NCBI RefSeq assembly: GCF_001949145.1
Contig: NW_019091357.1
Location: 872,671-936,670 of the forward strand
Source: Acanthaster planci
Lineage: Eukaryota
DNA: 64,000 nucleotides
Reading direction: 5' to 3'
Below, piece by piece: positions 1 to 11,846 of this stretch. The first letter of the stretch is position 1, and every line of letters starts with the position of its first letter. The notes under the pieces were generated by a model that saw only the letters and a list, made by a program, of their open reading frames with translations, was not told the DNA's origin and searched no databases. The translations under genes and the position numbers were made by a program.

Positions 1-1913
1 GAGAAAAACAATGTTAGTCCAAAGTCACTGTCGCAGGGTCACCCCTGAGAACGAATCAAGTAATGCACATGCATCGAATGGGAGTTAGGAGGAAATATTC
101 GAAGGCCAAACAGACAACCCTTTTACTAAAACATGAAGTCGTTGCGCACGAAGAACATGCTCCCTGTGGGTAGGCAGTCACCCGTGACTCCCTAGCTGAC
201 AACAATCTACGTTAAGAGAGTGACGGGTGAATTTTGCATACTGTCTCCAGTGTACTGGTGATTTAATTAGACTTCGAGGAGGGTGAAATGAGAACCACGA
301 GGATCAGATCGACATCTTGGGGAAGAAACGGTGCGGTTCCGGCGAGCCTCCGGAATGATGCTTTTTGGCCCCTGGGTCGGGAAACGATCGCGGCATCGAG
401 TGTAAATGGCGTGGCCGTTCTTTATCGTAACCCAGGTATACGTGTGCTCATGCATTTACGCAGATTTCTTTACACCTCTCGTTGGCTTACTTGATAGTAG
501 CGAACTCGGCACGATTTCTCCTACCGCACTGTACGGTGAAGGATTGTCTGCTAGTACAAGATACCTTATTAAGTTTTGAGACTATAAGTTGAGAAATCAA
601 AGGCAAGTTGTGAGATTGATCCCATGCTGTTGCACCAATTCGTGCAGGTTTGTTGGAATTCGGCGAAAGTTTGCTACTTGTTGTTTTTCGTTCTTCCATT
701 TGGTTTTTCGAAATTTCGTGACATCGTTGAGCAACAAACAAAAAACATCGAACTCCAATTAAAGCCCGACAACCCAAGTCTGTACTGAAATTGCTGTATT
801 TAGAAAATGGTAGGGAGTGTGTCTCATGGTCAGCTTTTTAGTGGAATCACTAAAGGGGAGTACAAGTACCAATACTATACTGTCCACTGAGCGTACAAAA
901 AAACCTGTGAGTATGCGTCCATAGTGAGCAGGACAATGCCAAACATTGAGACCTCATTGCCAAAAATCGTTCAACTGAAATGCCTGGGCATTTTACCAGG
1001 AATGGCAGTCTCATTATACGGTAGCTAACGACAATGCACCCGATCGCGCGGCTGTGACCTCTGTTCTTTACCCAAGTTGGCTCCAACATTCTAACTTGGA
1101 CGAAAAGCAGTGTGTGCCAGGTTGAATGAATGGCATCTGTGACCTGTCTTGAAAACTCCTGCGCGTAGGCCTACCAGCAGCATTCTGGAGTTGATGATTA
1201 TTAAAGACCTCAACTACAGAGGTACAGAGATAACTTTAAGTATCGCGAAGACGACACGTAAGTGAAAGGTCTAGAGTCTCGAGTCACAGCCCAATGGAAC
1301 TTATTAAGATGGCGCAAAACCCTTGTCTTGAAAGAGTGAGAACACTGTACCAACTCGCTGTATGACGTTGCAACATCGACGACCAAACACTTAGCTACTG
1401 ACCTAATCATGACCTGATACCCTCAGGGGTATAGGCTCGATACAATGCAGGACCAAATACAAACGGGAAAGAAGAGCCATGACCAGGCATAATTGTTCCA
1501 TTGTGTTGCTATATTTTACAGTCATTTGCAAGAATTTAAGGCCACCTGGAATTTTGTTGGTATTTCTGTCGCTAGGCCTGCATTACATTGTCTCATTGAC
1601 TGATTACTTAACATGATTTTTACAGTGGTCCATAACATCAGTGTAGTGCTACATACCCATTTAAATGGAATTTTTTGCAAAGGCAGGTCTAATATGACAC
1701 GTTGTCTGTAAGGCAGCATTGGTAAAAAAAAAAGGCCAGCCTGAGTAATCAGAAATAAAGTCAGGGCACAATAAATATTACTGTTAACATTTCAAATCAT
1801 GGAAATGTACCTTAGTCTAATAGCTGTTTAACCAAGATACTAAGGTTACACATTGAAAATAAATTTGACTGATTGGTTTATGTTTGCTTTTCTTCAGTTA
1901 AAAGCATTTTTGT

Positions 1914-4834
1914 ATGGGTGGTCCTAAACTTTTTCAAATGACTGNNNNNNNNNNNNNNNNNNNNNNNNNNNNNNNNNNNNNNNNNNNNNNNNNNNNNNNN
2001 NNNNNNNNNNNNNNNNNNNNNNNNNNNNNNNNNNNNNNNNNNNNNNNNNNNNNNNNNNNNNNNNNNNNGGTGAGTCAAATTCTTCAAAATTCTGTTTGTC
2101 ACATATGAAGAGGTGTAAAAATCCTCTTATTTAGACCGGATGGGCTATTCTGTCGAATCCCCATTCAGCAATTTACGGCCCACTATTTCGATCTTTAGCA
2201 ATGGAAGCATCTTTACGTTTTTGGGGAAGGGCTAGATACCAAGAAGCTTGCATATCAAAGATTATATATCAAATGTGGTAATTTGGAACAGAAATCTTGA
2301 AAAACGGTCGTCCCTGATTGTGTGGCCATTCAAAACTGAAAGTTTTGTTGTTATCCATGCTTCAAAAAGTTCAAGCGAGTCAATTCACAAGCATTGGACC
2401 GATGAAAAGAACCTTTCAGTAAACCTTGAGCTCAGCTCCCGAAAAAAGCGAATCGACCTTTGTAGGTTGTGTTGTAGATCCTTTGCATTCCTACGACCTT
2501 GGTCCCCCAGGGTATGATCAACCTAAGCTCCACCGATGCAGCACTAGATGTGCTTTGTAAAGTTTGACAGTGAACCGTGACTTAACCCGCGGCTTGGGCA
2601 CAACTGTCCTTTCATTTAATCACCGTATCCGTAAATTGATGTGACTTGTGATCCCAGAAACTGAGCCATGGGGATTCTTTGTGTGATGCAAGGCAAACAT
2701 AAGATAGGTAATTCAACAATCAGAATTAGAAGCCATTACTGTAGTGGTGCAGTGCTCGTGGACAGGTGGTACACGCGCGTCAAATGCCTCTTCGACCAAT
2801 AAGGTGTCGTGATTTGCCAAATGCACGCGCGCGTCAAGCTGAGGAATGTGCAACTACACACTTGTGTGAGTTCAATGCCACCACAGTGCTACCGCAGTTA
2901 TGGCGTCTTATCGGATCAGTCTATAGGCTTATGAGGGATGTTTCTTTGCCTCATTATGACACCATTTTATCTTTTCTGCCAATGGGCGTATAGGGTTGGA
3001 TTTTAAAATTCGCTGCGTCCAAGTGGGCGACAGATTAGTCAAAATTCAACTGTGGGACACCTCGGGACAGGAGCGGTTCCGGTCAATGACTCAGGCTTAC
3101 TATCGGGGAGCCGCTGGGGTCATGCTGGTCTATGACATCACAGAGGAAACCACGCTAAAAGGACTGACTGGCTGGTTGGAGGATATCAAAAAGGTAAGTG
3201 GGTGCAGCTAGATTGGTTGTGGGTTGTTACTGGAGTCCTGTAAGACTAATTTGGTAGTTGCTGACGTCATGAGTATACCGAAAACGTGAGACTAATTAGT
3301 GTACTAATACTTACAGGAATGGATTTGAATAATAAAGATCAGGGTGTGATTTACAAGCACGCCGACCAGGGGTGATATATTTCATTGTTTTCAGTAGGAT
3401 GAAAACAAGAAATTGTTGATTCATTGCTGTTCTTTTGCCACTGCAAATTGCTGATGTTTGTGACTGTTGATGCGGTCAATGCAGGTCAAGTTTTTGCTGT
3501 TTCTCCTGTTATTGCTATAATGATGAATTGGTCGTCATCTTCATTTTATCATAAAATTCTTGCTACCAAGTCATTTTTGCGTCCCTGACAGTACGCCCCG
3601 GAAGACGTAGACATCATCATTTTGGGGAACAAGTGTGACGTGGTTGAGCAACGAGTTGTCTCACGAGAAGAAGGCGAAGAGGTAACGGTTGGAGTTGATC
3701 CAAGTCAGATAGCTGACCCATTTACCCCAATTAACAGGCACAGAGGTAATGGTTGGAGACTTGATCCAAATCAAATAGCTGACCCATTTACCCCAATTAG
3801 CAGGTGAAAATGGTAATGGGTAGAGTTGATTCAAGCCAGACAGCTGACCCATTTACCCCCATGAGCAAAGATGGTGCTGACCCCGATTCCAGTCGGGTGG
3901 TTAACTTACCTCATTTTGTTCGTTCTGTTTGACCTGTGTACTGAGGTTGGCTTCACTTGCAACAGTTGCTCGTTTGAGGCACCCGTTTTTAATGTTAACA
4001 TTCAGCGAGAGTTTTTGAAAAACCTGTTCCAAATTTGATATGATAACGATCCTTCCCAGGCTACCTTTATAGAGCTTTTTGATTTTATTCGTTTTTGTTT
4101 CGCTTTTTGGATCGGCAGTTTGCGAGGAATCGGGGCCTGAAATTTTTCGAGACAAGTGCAAATGAAAACACGAATATAACAGAGGCCTTCGAAGCAATGG
4201 CAGTTCTTCTTGCTAGCAAAGTTACAGAGGTAAGGAGCTTAGTTCTAAACCTGTTATTAAAAATTCTTGGGGGTCAAACTTGAGCGCTCTCGGTCAACAA
4301 TTCGACAGTAGTTACATGTACATGAACTTGTATTTTAAAAAAGCGTAACAACAGGCGTTTCATTTCACTGTAGATCACGGTCAAGGAATTAAGGATAATT
4401 GGATCAGTCAGGCCTAATGAGGGCGCAACACATGACCAGAAAGTGTCCAGATGGTCTGGCTGCGACCGGGAATAATACCCGCGCGTTTTTGAAAGTTTTT
4501 GCTGATGCAAACTAGTACTTTGCCTGCTATTTATGTGTCCTAAACAGAAAAATTTCTTCATGTATTGGCAACACTGTAGGTATATAAAGTAAGGACCACA
4601 GTCAAATTGTGAGAATAGGAGTCCTCTATTTTAAATCTCCACGAGGAAGAGATTGCCAAGTCTTCTCTCATTCCTCACCCAAAATCACTCCAATGAGAAT
4701 ACTGTCACTGTTTTGTTAATTTACAGACCAGGAAACGAGTCAACAGTGTCGCCATTACGTCACCTGCACAGGCCAATGGTAACGCCTCCAGACCCCATGG
4801 TCCAGGTCCTATGAGGCCCAAATGTGCTTGCTAG
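1914..4834 (+). CDS. Rab family small GTPase (Rab1/8/10-like supergroup, divergent), 5 coding exons; exon 1 mostly hidden in an assembly gap
   Basis: Exons about 1914 (or ATG 1938)-2069 (gap 1945-2068, donor G|GTGAGT), 2994-3193, 3592-3681, 4119-4229, 4727-4834, with GT-AG boundaries and consistent phase for the visible exons. Motifs: GLDFKIR, IQLWDTSGQERFRSMTQAYYRGA, GNKCD, FFETSA, C-terminal CAC* prenylation signal. Confidence 0.92.
1945..2068. other. Assembly gap (N-run) covering the presumed Rab P-loop exon
   Basis: N-run flanked by an in-exon ATG (1938) and a splice donor (2070). Confidence 0.95.
3679..3867 (+). repeat. Imperfect tandem repeat, about 65-bp unit x3, starting at a Rab exon/intron junction
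   Basis: gaggtaa(c/t)ggttggag..ttgatccaa.tca.atagctgacccatttacccc recurs at about 3679, 3743 and 3810. Confidence 0.85.
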
Positions 4835-5020
4835 CAGATGAGGAAGGGTTGTAAGACAAATTCCGTTACCTTCCTGTGGAACTTTGAGCCACAAGCTGGA
4901 CTGAGAGAGAACGAAATTTTCTTAGCAAAGGAGACTCGGTTAATCGGAACTTAACTCCACTGGTTCTCGAGCAACTACTAAATGCAGGCATTACCATCAC
5001 ATCGCTACCAACAAAATGAC

Positions 5021-5084
5021 CACTCCCGACCAATATGGGTCTTTTCAACCGATGAGGGGGTGCTTCTGCTCGAAGTGGATACTG
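5021..5084 (+). repeat. Dispersed repeat fragment, copy 1 (copy 2 at about 13633-13698)
   Basis: accaatatgggtcttttcaaccgatgagggggtgcttctgctcgaagtggata matches accaatatggctcttttcaaccgctgaaggcgtgcttctgctcaaggtggata. Confidence 0.75.
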
Positions 5085-5281
5085 ATATTGACGAGGACAG
5101 AAACAGTGACAAGACTTTAAACTTATTTACTGCACCCGTACTGGCATCAGGGCTATGTAAATTTAGGATCAAGGCTGGAGTAGGTGGCTACGCCCCTTGC
5201 TAGGCTAGTACAGAGACGTAGACGCGTAATTCGTCCATGTTTCACCCCATAGAAACCCCATGCCACAACTCTGCAAAAGCT

Positions 5282-5513
5282 AGTATTCGCTCTTGGCACG
5301 CTGCCACCATAGGCATGCAGAGCCTCGATCTGGCGCTTTACACAATAAAACAGCCGGTTCAGTTATTCCTGTGTATGTTGCTTATGTAATTTTGCGCGTG
5401 CTGCGTTAGTTCTTACACCATGCAATTGGACAAAGCGATTCTCACGCGATTGTACAAGCTGCCTATTCGAGACTTTGTATGCCAATGGCGGCAGCGTGCA
5501 AAGAGCGAATACT
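5282..5513. mobile_element. MITE-like element with about 50-bp imperfect terminal inverted repeats
   Basis: agtattcgctcttggcacgctgccaccataggcatgcagagcctcga (from 5282) is the near reverse complement of tcgagactttgtatgccaatggcggcagcgtgcaaagagcgaatact (to 5513); no coding capacity. Confidence 0.7.
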
Positions 5514-8163
5514 GCTGAGAACATTGTTCTTTAAAAAGTAATCAATATTCTCAGGAGAATGGACGTGACTAATGCCCAGGCGAGGTCACTACTATCCGTT
5601 CTCCTGAGTAAAGCCTTATTCATTCCCATGCATAAATACCTTTTTATTCAGAGGGTCAAAAGAGGTACACATATGGATTTCAAACGATTTTGTTCTAAAC
5701 TTTTACTTTCATTATCCTGTACACCCCCGTACATTTCTTGGTACATTAATTTTAAAGTTGTCCAATAGATCCCCCTTCTAATCAATTAACTTGGCTGGTG
5801 TGGCGCTTGGCGTGCACACGGACTCCTGCCTGACCAATCAGAAGCGATTAAACTGTCTCGTGTCAATGTGATTGCGCGTGATTTATGCTAGCGTTATCAC
5901 TTCTCAGCGGGCATTATCAAATGTTAATACGCGGTCACGTGACGCGTTTTGACCAATAGGAATAGAAAAACTGTCCCAGGTATTAATGAATGGCGTCTAG
6001 TACTCGTTGTCATTCACAGTTTTGGATTTCAGCGTGGGTTAAATGCATCCAGTTATGACTGTGATCCAGTCGATTTTTACTGCGTATGCGTACACATGAA
6101 GTGACTACAGTTTCAGTACATGTACTTGACGTGTAACAGTAATGCAAATTAAGTTGGTGACAATTCAATGTGGAATACACTGAACATTTTTGGAGAGATG
6201 TTGGTCTAAAAAGTATTTTTGTCGTATAGTAGTGTTAAAAGTTCAGCTTAGAAAGCTAAATATGCTATTGATTCTTATACTACATTTATTATGGTGCATA
6301 TCTATAGTGGTATTCACAACGAGGCCAAGATGGCGGCTGAACTGACCATGCTAAACTTGATCACTCATGTCAATATTACATACAATAATAAGTTTTGTAC
6401 AGCACAGCAAATGTATTTTAGCTGTTTTCCACCGAAAGACAAAAGTACAGAATTAATGTTAAAGAAATGTGGCGAGGGTCATTCTTCAAATACTGCAATA
6501 ATACGCGTAGTCGATTTTTTCATTTTAAAGTAACGTGCTGGTTGACTTTTTTATAGTGAGAATTGTATCTGGTAGTGAAGAGAGTGCGCTGCTGAAAAAG
6601 TTCAAAGTTGTCTTTTTTACGTGATTATTGTTTTCATGTTGTAAGCTGAAGTTGTATTTACATAATACAATGCATTCGTTTTTATATTTTGTATAAATAA
6701 GACATTTGGAATATGGGAAACGATTCTCTAAGGCTGAAAGCCAAGCTGAACATTGCAATGCTATTTTAATTAATAAACCAAAATAAACACTTTTCCTCTC
6801 TTCTGCAGTTCTTGATAAACTCTAAGCTTCACACGTTACTCATGAATAGTTTTATTTTCCACACTGACCGCGATAGGAAACCAAACAAACTCCTTCAACA
6901 TAGCAATGTGGATTTTGACAATTTTGTTCAATTCTCAGGGTTTTTTTCGCCCGGAGTTTTTTTTTTCGGACAGAAGGTTTACTCCCTGTCTGTGTAGTCA
7001 TCCAGTGTGAAATTCGGAATCATTCGTTCGTGGAAGACTTTCAGCATGTAACGTGGGCAGGCGCAGTATTTCTTTTGGAAGAATAACAAATTTTCTGCCT
7101 ATTTTTTTCTTTGAATATATTTTAAATCCGGCAAATTCTTAGTGCTTTTGAATGTTTGTGTGCGTTTTATCGCTAGCGCTGTTAATATGCAGTTGTAATG
7201 CCAATGAAGCTTTTTGTGGTGTACTCACAGCCGACCTGTGTCACGTGTTTATTGATGACCAATTCAATCTATTCTTCCCACGAGGCTCCATTCGATACTC
7301 ATAATCGATTCGTCTTTAGAGGCATTCCAACTCGGCTTGAAGGCCCATCATGTTTATTGATCCTTTAGCTTCGTTCAGGGAGGTCTGCTAATGTAAGGTA
7401 GCCCAAGACATAAACAAGTCTGCATCTCTCGTCAGGCTGTGCGTGCCCCAACGTGCAGATAAAGCTGATACGACGACTTCACTCCAAGTTTGATGTTGAA
7501 ATTGTCTTGGATTTGCATTCCTTTATCCGAGAAGATTCTGATCCGGTTAATAGTTTATATCAAGTGGATTCAGCGTGTGACGATTGCTTTGATTCGACTA
7601 GTGTGGTTATAATGAACCTGAAAACTTCAGTAGCTGGTGTTCGACTGTTCTCTGCTCAGTGAGGAACCAGACCTACGACACGACAGTTTGGAGTAGTTTG
7701 TGATTCGGTGAGTCCGCTATGAGCTTTGGACCGTGATACATTGAACAAAAGAAGCCTGCATGATTTATGTGTTTTACTTGTATAACATGTCTCTGGTCAA
7801 AAGATTTGACTCGACATCATCAAATGTGCATGTCTGGAGCGGTTAAAATATTCATAATTATTTGCACAGGTTACTGTCATGCTTTCTGTTGGGACCATTC
7901 AAGTCCTTTTTAATAGATCTGAGCTCTGCCCTTCTCTTGTCAATTCCAGGATTCTATTATATTTGCCAAGTTCTTTTCTTGATATTCATTGTGTTCTGGT
8001 CCCCGAATAAGCACTTGTTAACAAGAACGGTACATCTGGGAGTGGATGCGGGGCAAGTGGGCGAGGACACAGCTTTGGTGACTGAAACACTTTTTTGGAG
8101 TCAAATCCAAGCGATTGTTATATCTGTCATGCAGATTTGAGTGAGAGCAGACCCTCTCCCCCC

Positions 8164-8667
8164 ATGCTGATGTCGGCTGGACCTCAAAACACCGGGAGAA
8201 TAGGATTAGGAGTCCCAGCTAAGTCTTCGGGCACTGCCGGGAAGACTCAGATAGAGATCTTTCTCCCCAGCTCGTATTCGCCTCACCCGGAGGTACAAGA
8301 CAGTGATTGTGTGCCAAATAACGCCGGTACGGAGACGACTGACAGCGAGGGACAGGATCAAATCTCCCTCAGCCGTAAGTGGGAATCTCCGACCATGGCG
8401 CACCCGCTGTATCAACCCATGAATCGAACCGACGCCGATCCGCCCAAACTGAAGCCACGGTTCGCCAAGTTCTCAAGGCCCGGTACCGGTACTTTGGTAC
8501 CGCCCACAAATTGTTCCTCAGAAGAGGGTGTGAAGTCAGCGGGGTTGCTGGGGGAAATAAACGGTCTACCGGGGCCCGGCATCAGTAAGAACGCCAAGTT
8601 CCTCGCCAGCTACTCGCACAACTACGGACATAGCGAAGGTGGGAAAACCTGGTGGTCGGCAAAGTGA
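8164..8667 (+). CDS. Hypothetical Pro/Ser/Gly-rich protein (about 167 aa), single coding exon
   Basis: GC-rich open frame (track 8095-8667) in AT-rich surroundings; acceptor tgtcatgcag|A at 8135; ATG 8164; possible upstream non-coding exon ending at 7707 (G|GTGAGT). No recognisable domain. Confidence 0.5.
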   Translation: MLMSAGPQNTGRIGLGVPAKSSGTAGKTQIEIFLPSSYSPHPEVQDSDCVPNNAGTETTDSEGQDQISLSRKWESPTMAHPLYQPMNRTDADPPKLKPRFAKFSRPGTGTLVPPTNCSSEEGVKSAGLLGEINGLPGPGISKNAKFLASYSHNYGHSEGGKTWWSAK

Positions 8668-8869
8668 CGAACTCCCAAAATGGATGATTGGGGCAAAGCA
8701 GAACAGTGCAAACATTCTGCCACTTACATTTAAACGCCATCAAAATTTCCAATCTGATCCAACAGAACACGCCTTTCATTGAATTTTGGTTATTATGATT
8801 GCAGCCCAATATATGAATTGGTCCGGCTTTCCTGATTGCTCGCGTTATGGTCAACTAAAATTTCTCAAT

Positions 8870-9518
8870 NNNNNNNNNNNNNNNNNNNNNNNNNNNNNNN
8901 NNNNNNNNNNNNNNNNNNNNNNNNNNNNNNNNNNNNNNNNNNNNNNNNNNNNNNNNNNNNNNNNNNNNNNNNNNNNNNNNNNNNNNNNNNNNNNNNNNNN
9001 NNNNNNNNNNNNNNNNNNNNNNNNNNNNNNNNNNNNNNNNNNNNNNNNNNNNNNNNNNNNNNNNNNNNNNNNNNNNNNNNNNNNNNNNNNNNNNNNNNNN
9101 NNNNNNNNNNNNNNNNNNNNNNNNNNNNNNNNNNNNNNNNNNNNNNNNNNNNNNNNNNNNNNNNNNNNNNNNNNNNNNNNNNNNNNNNNNNNNNNNNNNN
9201 NNNNNNNNNNNNNNNNNNNNNNNNNNNNNNNNNNNNNNNNNNNNNNNNNNNNNNNNNNNNNNNNNNNNNNNNNNNNNNNNNNNNNNNNNNNNNNNNNNNN
9301 NNNNNNNNNNNNNNNNNNNNNNNNNNNNNNNNNNNNNNNNNNNNNNNNNNNNNNNNNNNNNNNNNNNNNNNNNNNNNNNNNNNNNNNNNNNNNNNNNNNN
9401 NNNNNNNNNNNNNNNNNNNNNNNNNNNNNNNNNNNNNNNNNNNNNNNNNNNNNNNNNNNNNNNNNNNNNNNNNNNNNNNNNNNNNNNNNNNNNNNNNNNN
9501 NNNNNNNNNNNNNNNNNN
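8870..9518. other. Assembly gap (N-run)
   Basis: Run of N. Confidence 0.98.
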
Positions 9519-11178
9519 CATATTGTCAATTAGGATTAGACACTGGCAAGTAAGTGAAGTTGTTGAAAAGAGAGAGAAAAAAACTGGAGAATTCCTTTTC
9601 CATTGTTAAGATAATGTACCATTGTTATGCCAACGCTTAGGCTGTTCAAGCGTGTATACAGGGAAATCCTGTGCACGGTGCCTGGTCTGTATGTATCAGC
9701 CATATTGTGAATGTTTTGTTGACAAGTCTTTGCACTGTGACGTGGTAGCATTCATGTGCATGTCACAGTTGTCCAGCAAGCCACGGTCGAGCGTTACTGA
9801 AGACAATTCCATTCCATTACTACATGTTATGGCAAAGTCGCACCGAAACCCCTTCGTCGAGAAAGTGCAAGACGTGTAAGTTGACGTATACACCTGTCGC
9901 TCATCGACTTGTGGCTGGATTTTGAACAGCTGAAGATTCGGACTCTCATTTGAAAACTACTTGTTCACAGAATATCGTGAAGTAAGTGAAATCGTCTTTG
10001 GGATTTCTTTTTCTTTTACTGAAACCTTCAGTTTGGAAGACTGGAAAGAGGCCTGTCGTCAATGGACGTCATTAGATGTATCCAGTTCATAAATGTGGAT
10101 CACAGTGACTTCTGTGCAAAATCAAAGTGTACGGTGTCTCATCGTTCTGCATGTACAGAGAGGCAGGAAGTTGAATATTATAAAGAACTAGATTGGCCCC
10201 TCTGGCAATACCAAACACAATAATTGTGTTAAAAACATTGCGAAAAATGCGATTGGTACCGCAATGGAAATAAGTTAATTAAATTTTTTTTTGCGTTATC
10301 CCTACTATTTCAACTTTTGGGAATCTTTGAATTTGCTTTTCTTAATTTTTTTTGTAATAATATTTTGTGGAAATAGTAAATAAATCAAATCAAAATTAAA
10401 TCCATATTGGCGTATTTCAGTATTCAGTACTCTTCAAAGAAATGACCAACATAAATAAATGTATTCAGAAGACATTTTTGTTTGTTGTGTGTTAAAGTGG
10501 GAGTCGAGGCTTTTTAGTCCCACATTTATGTCTTTCTTTTCACCCGCAACCAAGTTTATTTAAGTGTTGTTCTCCTGGAATACCAAAACTGCGCTATGAG
10601 CTCACATTTGGTTATTTTTTCTTCGTGTTTAGATGACGATCCGGCCAACGAACACAGCTGATGTCAACATTGCTACATTGAGAGCTGACACTCATCAATA
10701 GCGCCCTCAATATCGAAACTAGCTAATTTGGTACAGTTTTGTGCTACAAAGCAACGTGAATGTAATCGGCTGCAGACGATGCCTTTTCGCGCTTACATTT
10801 AAAAGACCGAATTGCAAGTCTGAAGGACTCGTTTGAACTCTCCAAATCAATAATCAGGTTATGTCCAATTTGCCCATTTTGGCCAGAACGTTCTTGGGCA
10901 TATAATTCGTTCTTACATAATTATTCAAAAATAATAATGATTAAAATTATTCAGAAATGTGGGTCCTCAGAGAAGAGGACTAGGTTCTTTTAGAAATGTT
11001 CGGAAAAACACAGGTGCACCAAAAAATTGACTCGCGCTTTTTACAAGAGAACATCCTAATAACATCCCTGTTCTCGAAAATTGGCTAAGGGAAAATATGG
11101 GAGCTAGTGGGCATGCGCGCCATGTTGGCACAGCCAGTCGTCTTTATAGAATCTAGATCAGAAGAGCGCATGTGCGCT

Positions 11179-11482
11179 GACTTAATTTCTGTGTGACTTT
11201 TTTGTTTTGCGTTGATCTGAACAGAACATTTATATATATCTTCCAAACTCTTTAAGTTAAGAAGAGCGTGTTAGCCTAGTGGTAGGCACTCTGACGTTCA
11301 ATCGAGTCGTCGTGGGTTCGAATCCCGGCAGACTTAATTTCTGTGTGACTTTTTTGTTTTGCGTTGATCTGAACAGAACATTTATATATATCTTCCAAAC
11401 TCTTTAAGTTAAGAAGAGCGTGTTAGCCTAGTGGTAGGCACTCTGACGTTCAATCGAGTCGTCGTGGGTTCGAATCCCGGCA
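11179..11482 (+). repeat. Exact 152-bp tandem duplication; each unit ends in a tRNA-like Pol III promoter (A and B boxes)
   Basis: 11179-11330 equals 11331-11482; TAGCCTAGTGG (A box) and GGTTCGAATCC (B box) in each unit. Confidence 0.88.
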
Positions 11483-11594
11483 GTGTAAATAACAGAGGCT
11501 TTTATTCCTTTTTTTACCTGTACCTCAGCCCAGAAAAAGAGTAAAATTCCATTTTATTTTATTTTATTTTATCTAGTTAGCTACACAACCGCCA

Positions 11595-11711
11595 CGGATC
11601 TCCGATCCCAGGCGTTTCCCTCCATCGGACATCTCTGTCCGAGGCGGGACTCGAACCTGGGTCGTCTCGTTCCGCAGCCGAGGCCTCTACCGGCTACCCA
11701 ATCTGGGTCCC
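11595..11711 (-). mobile_element. tRNA-derived SINE-like element
   Basis: Minus strand gggacccagattgggTAGCCGGTAGAGGcctcggctgcggaacgagacgacccaGGTTCGAGTCCcgcctcggac followed by a non-tRNA tail. Confidence 0.6.
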
Positions 11712-11783
11712 CAGAAAGGAACGCTGTTTTCATATATTTATCTAAAAGACTCGGCTAAGACGATTGCAAGTAAAAGCAAGCAT

Positions 11784-11846
11784 CCCCTTGATTCGAACCT
11801 GGGTTGCAGGAATAGAAATCTCACACTCAACCTCCAGGCCACCGAC
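11784..11846 (-). pseudogene. tRNA-like pseudogene or SINE head
   Basis: Minus strand gtcggTGGCCTGGAGGttgagtgtgagatttctattcctgcaacccaGGTTCGAATCaagggg; A/B boxes at tRNA spacing, poor acceptor stem. Confidence 0.55.

Noticed and set aside
8786..9609. ORFs of more than 200 aa in the track
   Set aside because: Artefacts of translating through the N-gap.
11266..11331. Functional tRNA gene (TTC in the loop)
   Set aside because: A and B boxes are present but the acceptor and anticodon stems do not pair well.
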